In this document: positions 1 to 9,300 of the stretch, piece by piece | Numbering within the stretch: position 1 is the first letter of the stretch | Layout of the letters: every line of letters begins with the position of its first letter | Virus record (IMG/VR): IMGVR_UViG_3300027693_000019 | Coordinates: 1-26,486 of that record | Origin: a virus | Lineage: Duplodnaviria > Caudoviricetes | DNA: 26,486 nucleotides | Direction: 5' to 3' (one strand) | The notes under the pieces: model-generated | The model's input: only the letters and a program-made list of their open reading frames with translations | Told to the model about the DNA's origin: nothing | Databases searched by the model: none | Position numbers and translations under genes: made by a program

Positions 1-23
1 GTAATACGAATATTAAATGGCAT
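1..23 (-). CDS. N-terminal fragment of next gene (MPFNIRI...), runs off window
   Basis: ATG at 23-21 overlaps the TGA of the upstream gene (TGATG coupling); AGGAG upstream. Confidence 0.5.
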
Positions 24-277
24 CACTTTATACTCCTAAATCCTTCTCCGCATACGATTAATACACGTTGCTGATCTAATCGTTGAACAGACATTGAATC
101 AGCTTTGCAATTAACTTCCAAAGCCTGGTTCTCATAGAGTTGATAGAATCGCCAGGGAATTGATACAGTTGCAGCCTCTGCTGATATTACCCATACGCTC
201 AGAATAAGCATAACGATAAAAATTACGAAAAGAATAGGAATACAAATATTTAATGTCCTCATCAAATTGTCATACAT
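23..277 (-). CDS. small exported/membrane protein, 84 aa
   Basis: AGGAG RBS 8 nt upstream; hydrophobic N-terminus ending in AEAA (signal-peptide-like); two Cys in C-terminal part. Confidence 0.75.
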   Translation of the reverse strand: MYDNLMRTLNICIPILFVIFIVMLILSVWVISAEAATVSIPWRFYQLYENQALEVNCKADSMSVQRLDQQRVLIVCGEGFRSIK

Positions 278-296
278 TTCATTTTCTCCTTTTAAG

Positions 297-327
297 AAAA
301 ATAAGGTGCTATATTTCTATAGCACCT
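297..327 (-). terminator. intrinsic terminator
   Basis: minus strand AGGTGCTATA-GAAA-TATAGCACCT (10-bp perfect stem, GAAA loop) followed by TATTTTT. Confidence 0.75.
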
Positions 328-336
328 CTTCGCCAT

Positions 337-510
337 CTACTCTTCAGAAGCGGGTTGATCGTCCTCGATCACGTCGACCAGATCTTCATTGTCGTTCATA
401 TTGCTCAGTACCATGGCAGCAGCTCCAATAGCTACCAGGGCACCAACAGCAACACCAGCGACTTTCAAGACTTTCGGGTCCTTAACAGTGGTCATCAGTT
501 TCTCAAACAT
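337..510 (-). CDS. 57-aa single-TM protein with acidic C-tail (MFEKLMTTVKDPKVLKVAGVAVGALVAIGAAAMVLSNMNDNEDLVDVIEDDQPASEE); not in ORF track
   Basis: hand translation; AAAGGAG RBS, own promoter upstream and terminator downstream. Confidence 0.85.
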   Translation of the reverse strand: MFEKLMTTVKDPKVLKVAGVAVGALVAIGAAAMVLSNMNDNEDLVDVIEDDQPASEE

Positions 511-538
511 TTTTTTCTCCTTTTAAGAATATAGTTGG

Positions 539-569
539 TTTCTATTATACGATATGATTTTGCCGCGAA
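539..569 (-). promoter_or_regulatory. repeated phage promoter copy 1 (TCGC-GGCAAAAT-CATA-TCG-TATAAT-AGAAA)
   Basis: perfect TATAAT; same motif and spacing at 1775-1805 and 2112-2140. Confidence 0.75.
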
Positions 570-571
570 CT

Positions 572-1339
572 CTATAAGTCCTTCGGGCCATTCTTATACT
601 CAATGACAACGCATGGCTGCTTTTTGTTTGATATCTCGGCTATCTTAGCGCTATAATATAGCTCTAGTAGCCCGTTATTGGCCTCCCAACCTACCTTTTT
701 GCCCATTTCGACCGGCTCAAGACCAATAAGATCATACCAATCATTCAGTGTTTGATAGTATTCCCCAAACAATGATGCGTTATAATCATTAACATTTTTA
801 CGAATGCTTTCCCAATCAGTTTTGAAATATCGGCCTGAGAGGGAGTCATAAAATAGGCAGTCACCAAAACCAGTAATAATAATCTGATCTTCTTTAACTG
901 GATTCTTATCCAATTTATCTTGAGCAATCTCTCCTCGGATTTTCTCGTCCTTACCATCTCCTAAGAGGGTCCTCACCTTCTCTTGATAATCCTTCAAACT
1001 TGCCTCGCTTAAAGCATACAGGCCTAGCAAAGCAGCATTACGCTGAAGACTAATCTTGTTCGAGGAAACGACACAGACAATTGTTAAAGCGCCAGACGCT
1101 AATGGTGGTAAATATAGCGTCCAGGTCATTTTGCCTATATCTGTCCCTTTTAATGGCGGTAGAAACGCCTCAAATCGCTTCTTATTTTCCTCATCGATCA
1201 TGCGTACAGCTTTTATTGTGGGCTTTATCGTCAAGAGAGCCGTCGTTACAACTCCGACCGCACCAGAAAAGGTCAATATAGTTGGTGAGTTCTTTATGAC
1301 GCCTAGCTTGATCATCCTTAGTGATCTTTTAATATTCAT
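572..1339 (-). CDS. DUF6353-like conserved phage protein
   Basis: NSPTIL..G..GVV.TA N-terminal hydrophobic motif, FYDSLSGRYF and LND.YD.IGL..GW motifs recalled from this family. Confidence 0.75.
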   Translation of the reverse strand: MNIKRSLRMIKLGVIKNSPTILTFSGAVGVVTTALLTIKPTIKAVRMIDEENKKRFEAFLPPLKGTDIGKMTWTLYLPPLASGALTIVCVVSSNKISLQRNAALLGLYALSEASLKDYQEKVRTLLGDGKDEKIRGEIAQDKLDKNPVKEDQIIITGFGDCLFYDSLSGRYFKTDWESIRKNVNDYNASLFGEYYQTLNDWYDLIGLEPVEMGKKVGWEANNGLLELYYSAKIAEISNKKQPCVVIEYKNGPKDL

Positions 1340-1456
1340 TTATTCTCCTTCCAAGAATTTAAAGATTACTTCCAATACAAGTAATCCCCATACTATGATA
1401 ATAGGAATAACAATTAATCCAAGACAGCAGGCGAGTATCATCTGTAGAAATGTCAT
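1340..1456 (-). CDS. 38-aa membrane peptide (MTFLQMILACCLGLIVIPIIIVWGLLVLEVIFKFLEGE); not in ORF track
   Basis: hand translation; GGAGG RBS; fills the gap exactly, stop abuts the next ATG. Confidence 0.75.
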   Translation of the reverse strand: MTFLQMILACCLGLIVIPIIIVWGLLVLEVIFKFLEGE

Positions 1457-1458
1457 AT

Positions 1459-1662
1459 TTAACCTCCCTTCTTTCCGAATCCGACCAAAAAGGCGAATCC
1501 TATAAATATACCACCAACTGCAAATAAAAGAAAACCAGGCAATCGATGAATATTCATAGCGACTTCATAGCCATAGGTTATTGCGAAGATACCTATGGTT
1601 GCCAAGCAGAGCATAACAAAGATCTTGAGAACTGCATTAACAATCTTACTAAGTGTGTTCAT
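1459..1662 (-). CDS. 67-aa two-TM membrane protein
   Basis: start moved to MNTLSK behind GAAAGGAG RBS; two hydrophobic segments. Confidence 0.8.
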   Translation of the reverse strand: MNTLSKIVNAVLKIFVMLCLATIGIFAITYGYEVAMNIHRLPGFLLFAVGGIFIGFAFLVGFGKKGG

Positions 1663-1713
1663 TTTTTCTCCTTTCAAGAATATATTTTGGTTCCCCAGAG
1701 TTTACCCCCGGGG

Positions 1714-1742
1714 AAAAATAAGAGTGCTAAGTTAGCACTCTT
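1714..1742 (-). terminator. intrinsic terminator immediately downstream of promoter copy 2
   Basis: AAGAGTGCTA-ACT-TAGCACTCTT stem followed by ATTTTT. Confidence 0.65.
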
Positions 1743-1774
1743 TATCCTCCTATTGTTTTAAAATAGGGTTAGTA

Positions 1775-1805
1775 TTTCTATTATATCATATGTTTTTCAC
1801 GCGAA
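1775..1805 (-). promoter_or_regulatory. repeated phage promoter copy 2 (TCGC-GTGAAAAA-CATA-TGA-TATAAT-AGAAA)
   Basis: motif conservation; abuts the U-tract of the upstream terminator. Confidence 0.75.
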
Positions 1806-1836
1806 AAAAAGAGAAGCCATGTTTCCATGACTCCTC
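1804..1836 (-). terminator. intrinsic terminator after 85-aa gene
   Basis: GAGGAGTCATG-GAAA-CATGGCTTCTC stem (2 G-U pairs) followed by T7. Confidence 0.85.
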
Positions 1837-1843
1837 CTTCGGA

Positions 1844-2101
1844 TCAAATCTTTCTCCAAAACGTTCCGATTCTCGACGTTATTACGTTTAGGTGTTCGTG
1901 ATTTAGTACCATCCCCGTAACGAATATCTGCCCAATTATTGGCAGAATAATATTCCACTCTATATGAGACTCTTTACTTTTAGCTTCATATAAAGTTTTC
2001 AGATTATTCGCCATTATTGAGTATTCTTCATCACTTGGATGAGACTCTCTCATGACACCTAAAAGTCTTTCGATCTCTATATCGATAGTTTTGGGTTTCA
2101 T
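1844..2101 (-). CDS. hypothetical protein, 85 aa, C-terminal hydrophobic segment
   Basis: GAAAGGAG RBS, own promoter and terminator. Confidence 0.8.
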   Translation of the reverse strand: MKPKTIDIEIERLLGVMRESHPSDEEYSIMANNLKTLYEAKSKESHIEWNIILPIIGQIFVTGMVLNHEHLNVITSRIGTFWRKI

Positions 2102-2111
2102 AATTTTCTCC

Positions 2112-2140
2112 TTTCATTATATGCTATGTATATAATGCGA
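2112..2140 (-). promoter_or_regulatory. repeated phage promoter copy 3 (TCGC-ATTATATA-CATA-GCA-TATAAT-GAAA)
   Basis: motif conservation; marks boundary between structural/lysis genes and accessory genes. Confidence 0.75.
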
Positions 2141-2150
2141 GGAGAAGGGT

Positions 2151-2378
2151 TTATCCAATATTCTCGTCTTCAGCAGTCATTCTCTTATTATACTGCAGAG
2201 TACTCAATCCAAGCAAAGAGCCAAGAAAAGTGATCGATGCAATGATAGTTGCAGTGATTTGCTCTCCATAAGGAAGACCCCAAATGCCAGACAAAGCAAA
2301 ATATAAAGTACCAAATGCAGGCAAAGCAATTAGAGTAAACCATTTCAATATATCATAAACTTTATTATTTAGAATCAT
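2151..2378 (-). CDS. holin, Dp-1 holin-like
   Basis: L.NKVYDILKW...IALPA.GTLYFAL..IWGLPYGEQI..T......FLG.LLG.S pattern; two TM segments; AGGAG 8 nt before ATG 2378. Confidence 0.85.
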   Translation of the reverse strand: MILNNKVYDILKWFTLIALPAFGTLYFALSGIWGLPYGEQITATIIASITFLGSLLGLSTLQYNKRMTAEDENIG

Positions 2379-2772
2379 TTCCATTACTCCTATTTTTAAT
2401 GAATTCTTCAAAAGATAATGTTGCGCATGGAACTTCAATAGACATAGATACTAATTTAGCAGTTAAAATCCTTAAACACCTTATAAGATGCTCCTCATAC
2501 TCGCGATGACAAATAATACTTTCTTGATTTTGTCTAAGTTCTTTAATTTCAGCATAAGAGGCTTTTAATTCATCATGCAGCATTCTATAAGTTTCTATAT
2601 AATGTCTATCGGTATCTGCATCTAGATTTTCCCCCTCGGCTGTCAGTTTTTTATACTCTGCTAATAATTTTCTATTTTCATTCCGTACCTTTAGCAAAAG
2701 GACAAGAACAGATATCAAAGCAGATAGACTCATAAGTAACGAAATAAAATTGGCTACATTGAAATTACTCAT
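2365..2772 (-). CDS. N-terminal TM plus coiled-coil protein (lysis-module accessory)
   Basis: start moved to MSNFNV (2772, overlaps upstream stop); TM helix then heptad-rich region. Confidence 0.7.
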   Translation of the reverse strand: MSNFNVANFISLLMSLSALISVLVLLLKVRNENRKLLAEYKKLTAEGENLDADTDRHYIETYRMLHDELKASYAEIKELRQNQESIICHREYEEHLIRCLRILTAKLVSMSIEVPCATLSFEEFIKNRSNGNDSK

Positions 2773-3106
2773 CTGTTCTATCCTTTTCAAATAATTCTTC
2801 ATATCGTCTATATCTAAACAGCGTTTCAAAACCAGCTGCCGCTAATAGTCCAAATAAGAAGAAATTTGCAGGTCTAATAAAGATTTGACCAAAAGTAGTT
2901 TGATTCATTGTTGGAAGAATGCTCAAATCTGCTAATATAACATATACATATATTAAAGCCCAAAATATAGACATAAAACCGATTAAATTTCTAATCCTTC
3001 TATGCTCTTTTTCTAAGGTATATTTATGTAGTTTTAAAATAGAGAATTGAGTATAGGCTACCATTATGCAAAGAATTACATTTCCTGCAGCCATTATAGT
3101 AGACAT
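2765..3106 (-). CDS. three-TM membrane protein, possible second holin/antiholin
   Basis: three hydrophobic segments, charged C-tail, AGGAG RBS, position after tail genes. Confidence 0.65.
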   Translation of the reverse strand: MSTIMAAGNVILCIMVAYTQFSILKLHKYTLEKEHRRIRNLIGFMSIFWALIYVYVILADLSILPTMNQTTFGQIFIRPANFFLFGLLAAAGFETLFRYRRYEELFEKDRTDE

Positions 3107-3118
3107 AGTATTCTCCTA

Positions 3119-4306
3119 TTAACTATCGGCTGTATATTCAACATACCAACCCATTAAATAAATATAATTTTGAATAGTATCTAAAGTTGGATAACTACCA
3201 CCCAATCTAGTAAGACGAATACTTACATGATCCCCAATAGCTGCATTAGTAAGACTAATTGAATATGCATGAGTTGTTATGCCAACAAAAAGTCCAACTG
3301 CAGTATTTGCGATGCTATTACTATGGGGGCTTCCTTGGCCATCAGCTAGATAACTCGCATAGGCATTTCCATACATATTCCCACCAGCATTAGCTCTGAG
3401 AATGGCTTTTACAGTCATACCAGAAACAAAATCAGATGGTACTTGAAAAAAACCATAAGCATCCACATCTTCAGTATAAGGAAGATCAGTACCATAAGCT
3501 CCAAATATATGACTTCCCCAGAGATTATAACTAACAGGAACTAAAAAAGATCGTGTACGATTTAGTATTTTAGAAGGAGTTACAGAATTATCTGCTAAAC
3601 CATTTGAGGAGATTGGATCTCCAATACCAGAAGTATGTGTATGAGTTTTTAATGCTAATATGGTAGTAAGCGGAGGATTATTATCTCCACGAATCGCAGT
3701 AATCTGATTTTGCAAATTGCCAGCTACTTCAGTATCTAATTCTCCTATAATATAATTGAACCAGGCTTCCCATTCGGCTTCCCATTGGTCAACCCAAGAA
3801 TCTATACTAATGACCTCTAATGGTCCAGTAACAAGCGGACAATCATCCGTTCCAACTTTATATGTAATATCTTGTTGTCTTATTACTGTTACACCGAGAC
3901 CTATATAAACATCAGCAAGTCTATATTGATTAAGTGTACTTGTCTTGGTTAATGTCGGAGGTACTGGAGTACTAGCTGCGCTTCCAGCAAGTCTTTTTAT
4001 TACATTAGTTCTTGTAGAAGAATCTACCTCTAATATAATAGAATCAATTCTATTTAATGTCGGATGACCCGCAGGTATTGCAATAGATAGAGCTGAATCA
4101 TTAAGATTCCAAGTATGATCGAACCATGCTCTCCCGGTTAATACGGATACATTTAAATCTGTTCCAGTAGCCGTTACTCCAAAAGCATCACCTATTTTTT
4201 GATAAACCCCATCATTAATAACCCCATCAAATATCTGAGATATTTGAACAGCATCATATACTCTATCGCCACTTGATGAGTTGTAAAAACCATAAGTAAA
4301 AGCCAT
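3119..4306 (-). CDS. minor tail / receptor-binding protein
   Basis: conserved-type N-terminus (GFYNS..GDRVYDA...FDGVINDGV; GRAWF.HTW; RID.I.LEVD) with distinct beta-rich C-terminal domain; start moved to MAFTYG behind AAAGGAG. Confidence 0.8.
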   Translation of the reverse strand: MAFTYGFYNSSSGDRVYDAVQISQIFDGVINDGVYQKIGDAFGVTATGTDLNVSVLTGRAWFDHTWNLNDSALSIAIPAGHPTLNRIDSIILEVDSSTRTNVIKRLAGSAASTPVPPTLTKTSTLNQYRLADVYIGLGVTVIRQQDITYKVGTDDCPLVTGPLEVISIDSWVDQWEAEWEAWFNYIIGELDTEVAGNLQNQITAIRGDNNPPLTTILALKTHTHTSGIGDPISSNGLADNSVTPSKILNRTRSFLVPVSYNLWGSHIFGAYGTDLPYTEDVDAYGFFQVPSDFVSGMTVKAILRANAGGNMYGNAYASYLADGQGSPHSNSIANTAVGLFVGITTHAYSISLTNAAIGDHVSIRLTRLGGSYPTLDTIQNYIYLMGWYVEYTADS

Positions 4307-4316
4307 ATTTTCTCCT

Positions 4317-5378
4317 TTAAACAGCTGCAAATATTGGAATCATCTTAGAACCAGAAGTATCTTTAGAATAAATAACCTCTACAACCCTTGATCCGGCAGA
4401 ATTACCATATTCATCTTCAACTTGCAAAATGTCACCCATACCAAAATCTACTCCATAATAAAAAGTAGAATCGTCTATTTCACCTTCAAAAGCTTCTATA
4501 GTCTTATGCTTTGCTAATTCAATTTCACCAGCTCTTTCTAATCTTAAAAGATAATCAGCATCTGAAAGTGGTGTTCCTGGATCTCGTCTTTTAACGTCAT
4601 TATTTTTTATACATATTTCTCGTCTATCAAGATCTGTAGCATCTTCGTTAGTTGTCGCAGTTGTCGTAAGTTCGACATTACCTACGCCTTTTTCGCCAAC
4701 GACCAAAGCAAAATTTTTTAAAAATCTATCAGTTTTAATATACTCTCCACTCTTTAAGTTATCAAAATTTGGAGAAAACACAACATATGGATTAGTTGTT
4801 TGATTAAAGGAACGATCTACTCCATTATATAATTCGAATATAAATTGAGTTCCAGGTCGAGTAATTTTAAAACCGAAGCCTTTATCGAAACATAATTCTG
4901 AAATTATTTTATAGAGATCTTCTCCCCAAAATTGATCTCCAATTGTAGCAGCCATTATGTCAGGATCAGTACTCTCACTGTAAATAAAATTTGCTATTAT
5001 TCTATCAAAACCTGAATTAGTTATATTATTATAAAGCAATTCAAAAATTCCAGCAGTTTGAAAATCACCATATAAATCAGAAATGTCCCATGCGATTCGT
5101 CTATCAAGCATTGATTCTAACGATCGTCCTTTTACTATTAATTCATTTCCTTTTTCAGAATCTGTACGAATATTAACATCTTCTATAAACATTAAATGTT
5201 CTGATTCTTCCAATTTAAGATATTTAGAAGCTGACAAGATAGAAAAAATCTTTTCTACAGGACTTACAGAAAATTCAAAATCTCCACAGAAATTATATCT
5301 ATCTGTCCAAATAAAAGAGTTATAAACGTCTAATACATCTACCTCTTTAAAATTGGAATCTAAAAATAATGGAATCAT
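4317..5378 (-). CDS. baseplate hub, siphovirus ReqiPepy6 gp37-like
   Basis: SFIWTDRY..CGDFE, GRSLES.LDRRI, GVDRS..Q..NPYVVFSPNFDNL, YGVDF.MGDI motifs; follows Dit. Confidence 0.85.
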   Translation of the reverse strand: MIPLFLDSNFKEVDVLDVYNSFIWTDRYNFCGDFEFSVSPVEKIFSILSASKYLKLEESEHLMFIEDVNIRTDSEKGNELIVKGRSLESMLDRRIAWDISDLYGDFQTAGIFELLYNNITNSGFDRIIANFIYSESTDPDIMAATIGDQFWGEDLYKIISELCFDKGFGFKITRPGTQFIFELYNGVDRSFNQTTNPYVVFSPNFDNLKSGEYIKTDRFLKNFALVVGEKGVGNVELTTTATTNEDATDLDRREICIKNNDVKRRDPGTPLSDADYLLRLERAGEIELAKHKTIEAFEGEIDDSTFYYGVDFGMGDILQVEDEYGNSAGSRVVEVIYSKDTSGSKMIPIFAAV

Positions 5379-5379
5379 C

Positions 5380-6324
5380 CTAGACTCCTTGATAAAGAAC
5401 GTCGTGAATTATTGAAAATTGAATATTTGTAAGCCCACTACTAGCAGTATAGGTAAACTCATTATCTCCATTCTCCAACTCGAACCATTCTATATCTGTT
5501 ATAACCGCGTTTAGAATATTATATATACTGGTTCCTCTGATGAATATAGCATATTTATCACCTTTAATGGTTGATATTATAATATCATCTCCGGTTTGAA
5601 TAGCCGAACCAACTATTGCTGTTACTTTAGTTGTATCTATATAAATGGAACCTAACGTTCTATTATTTGTAATCTCAATATTCGTAGCTAGTCCAATAGC
5701 ATGAATTAGAATAACAAAACCTGTTGGAGTTTCACCTTCATAAATAATATTTTTTGTAGTTTCTTGGATGATCGTTCCAAAACTAATAAGTTTAGATACT
5801 AATGATTCATTAGAAAACGGAAATTGGAAAGTTGGCGTAACAGAACCAAATGATACATTATTTTGAAAAATATCTTTGAAATAGGACTCTGGACAAATTA
5901 CAGAAATAATAGTATCTTCTTCTTTACTGAATATATTTGGTTCATTAGATTCAACATAACCAGTGGTATAAAGAGTACGTTCGTCGGTTTCAATTTTTAT
6001 ATTGATATTCCTTTTTAATGGAAAATATTTATATGTTAATCGACGAATTTTTTCTATAGTCATATCAATTTCAGGACTTCGTCCACCTAAATATGTATAA
6101 AAACTAAAAAAACCAATATTAAAAACAATATTTCTACTATCAGCTCTAGCAGAATTGTAGAAACCTCCGTCAATTCCTGCCATTTCTCTTAGATTAATAT
6201 CCGCTTTTACTGGTCCAAGTCCCTCTATAGATTTAATGAAAAACCCGAAGGAAATCTCCGGGTTTCTCAAATCGACAGTAATAGACTCAGATAAGTGATT
6301 AGTTATAGTTATAGAATTTATCAT
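5380..6324 (-). CDS. distal tail protein (Dit)
   Basis: directly after TMP; GLGPVKADIN, GYVESNEPNIFS, WFEL..GDN.F motifs. Confidence 0.8.
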   Translation of the reverse strand: MINSITITNHLSESITVDLRNPEISFGFFIKSIEGLGPVKADINLREMAGIDGGFYNSARADSRNIVFNIGFFSFYTYLGGRSPEIDMTIEKIRRLTYKYFPLKRNINIKIETDERTLYTTGYVESNEPNIFSKEEDTIISVICPESYFKDIFQNNVSFGSVTPTFQFPFSNESLVSKLISFGTIIQETTKNIIYEGETPTGFVILIHAIGLATNIEITNNRTLGSIYIDTTKVTAIVGSAIQTGDDIIISTIKGDKYAIFIRGTSIYNILNAVITDIEWFELENGDNEFTYTASSGLTNIQFSIIHDVLYQGV

Positions 6325-9300
6325 ACCAATCCTTTCAGAGCCATAAGTTGGTTTCTCGTTTGTCTATAAATTTCTAATCTCGATAAAGATTTTGGTGAAT
6401 AGTTATTTTGAGTGTAATTAACTACATTACCAGCAGCTGCTAACTTCTCAGGAGAAATATCAATAGGTCTCAAACCAGTAGATATATTTCTGCTAATATC
6501 TACAGGAGAAGCCAAATTTATATAATTTCCAGAAATTAATTCTTCTATTGATTTCTTTCCAGAAATAACGTCAGTTAAATCTACTACTGGTCGAATTACT
6601 GGATTGGAATCGATATTGCCAGATAAAGCCTCAGTAATAGTTGCTATAGCCGGTCCCATGGCATCTACAGCTCTTTTTTCTAGTTTATGAACAGCTTCCG
6701 TAACTCTATTTTTGAGATGTAGAATGCCCTTAGCAAAACCTTCAGGAATGGACTCGCCAATTTCCATAAATACTTTGGATGGAGAGTTAATTCCTAATTG
6801 TTCTTTAATAGCATTAATAGCAGCTGTAACAATACTACTAAGAGCAGTCAAGACGGCTTTAGCTCCATTTGAGATGGCTGTAACTAGTGCAGTAATAATA
6901 GATTCACCTAGTCGTCCTAGGGCCGCTAGTAATGGTTCGGTATTGTTGTCAATTGCATCTGCCATCCCATTAATAAAATCAATAATTAAATCTACACCAG
7001 CTTGTATAACGTCCCCAACATTATCACTAATACCACCTAGAAATTCAGTAATAATTTCTGTTGCAACAGTTACAACTTCATAAATATTATCTCGAATTCC
7101 TTCCAAAAATCCTATCAGAATATCGAACCCTGCTTGAACAAAAGCTGGGATATTAGCTGCTATTTCTTCCAATAATGTTGTAAGTAATGTTATTACAGCT
7201 GAAACAAAGTCCGGAACGACATCAACAATAAGTTGAATCAGGCCCTTTAATAGTATAGTAAGAGCTTGCAAAAGCTTCGGAGTAACTTTAATGATAATAT
7301 CAAGAACGCCCATGAGCAAAGCAGTAATTGCAGCTGCTACAACTGGTGCAGCAGCAACTATACCTTCCCCAAATATAATTATTGTATCTATAAGCGTCTT
7401 AATAACCAATGGAATGATACCCAATATAGTAGATATCATTGCAACAATAGCAACTGCTGCAGCTGCGCCAGATACAGCAATAGCTGCCAAGCCCATAGAA
7501 AATGCAAGTAAACCAGCACCAACCAGCATCGCAGCAACACCTATCAACATCATAGAGACACCAAGACCAAGTAGTGTCGGTATAACTGGTGTTAATAAAT
7601 ATCCGGCAATTGCTAGAAGTGCAAAGACACCGGCAAGTGCTAATAAAGCTATTCCTATCTCAGCTATACCCATAGCTCCTAAAGTTGATAAAACCGGAGC
7701 TAGTACAGCAAGAGCACCTGCTGCAATCAATAAAGCTGCACTACCTGCCAAAGTACCACTCATTGCATATAAAGCAACCGTTAATATAAGTAATGATCCA
7801 GCAAGAGCCGCAAGACCTTTTCCAATCTCTTCCCATGTCATACCGCCCATACTAGCTAAAGAATCAGAAAGAAGTAATATAGCCCCTGCAACAGCCACTA
7901 AACCCAAACTAGTAATAATCATATTCTTAGGCATAAGATTCATAGCAGCTACAATGATTAATAATGCAGCTCCCATAGTAAATAAACCTCTACCTATTTG
8001 AGTAGGATCTAATGCGCCAAGTTTAGTTATAGAATCTACTAATAGCATGATGGCGCCAGCTATGATAACCATGGCTATACCAGTGGCTATTAGTCCAGCA
8101 CCGCCACTACTTAATTGAGTAAATAGAGCCAATTCTAGTAAGACAGCACCAAGAGCTATAAGACCTTGCTGTAATTTTGCCTGGTCCATCTCAGCAAATT
8201 TTCCAACTGATTCGGACATAAGCATAATTGATCCAGCAAGCAAAGCTAACCCAATGCCTTTAGTTATACCCATCTTGTCAAGATCTACTAACTTCATAAA
8301 TGCTGCTATCTCAGCAAGCATTACGCCAACACCAATTAACCCGTTAGTTAACTCAGCAGGATCTAAGGCGCCTAATTTTGCTACTGATGACGTCAGTACA
8401 AGCAAAGCAAGACCAAAAGCTATTAACCCTACAGAACCTTTAAGAATGGATCCTGTATTCTGAGACATTACTCTGCTAAGTATCACCATCCCAATAGACA
8501 AAGCTGTAATAGCACCTAGACCTCTGTTTAATTCTTCAGCATCTAATTTTCCTAGCTTTGATAGAGCAGCCGACATTATCATAATAGATACAGACAAAGC
8601 AACTAAACCCGCTGATGCAGATAAGGCCCCAAGACCAGTTCCTGATACTTTACTAAATACAGCCATAGAGCCCATTAATTGGAGCATCATAGCTGTAACA
8701 GCGCCAAGAGAAACCGTTAGTTTAGCCGAATCAATCCCAGATAAAACTAGCAAAGACAAGGTTAATACACCAATAGCTCCAGCAATAGTCAATAAAGTAT
8801 TAGCTTTTAGATTTTGCTGCCAAGCTTGTAAACTGCCTCTAACACCATCCAAAATACCAGAAATATCTCCAAATACTCCCCCTGCTTGGTCAATAAAACC
8901 AGATCCGGATGTGATAAAGTTTCGAATTGCTAGTAATATACCAGCAATAAGTCCACTATTGATCAAATCAAATATCTTTGAGAAATCTGCTTTAACAATG
9001 GAATCAATGATGGAAGAGCCAAGATTCAAAAAGAAAGTCCCGATAGCGCTAGCCAATTTAAAGAATGTTGGAGCTATTTTCTTAGCCAGATTAGCGAAAC
9101 CTCCTAGTACTTTACCTACCCCAGTAAACAAAGCAGTTAAAGGTTTGAAACGGAAGTTCATCTTATCGAAAAGACCATCTATTGCACTTGTATCGACATT
9201 ATCAAAAATACCAGAAAATAGTCCTTTAAACTCCTCAAATTTAGACTTGACAGTATCAATAAATCCAAACACTTTTGACTTGACGGTATCTGCTGTGGTA

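Noticed and set aside
1722-1740. GAGTGCTAA-G-TTAGCACTC matches both CIRCE (HrcA) half-sites
   Set aside because: Half-sites are in reversed order with a 1-nt rather than 9-nt spacer; better explained as a terminator stem
253-1761. + strand ORFs 253-534, 1056-1505, 1081-1281, 1546-1761 and nested minus ORF 745-957
   Set aside because: Overlap better-supported minus-strand genes that have RBSs and promoters
2376-2384. Met-Glu-Met dual start in the holin (lambda S105/S107-like)
   Set aside because: First ATG is only 2 nt from the AGGAG and the extension is acidic rather than basic; weak support
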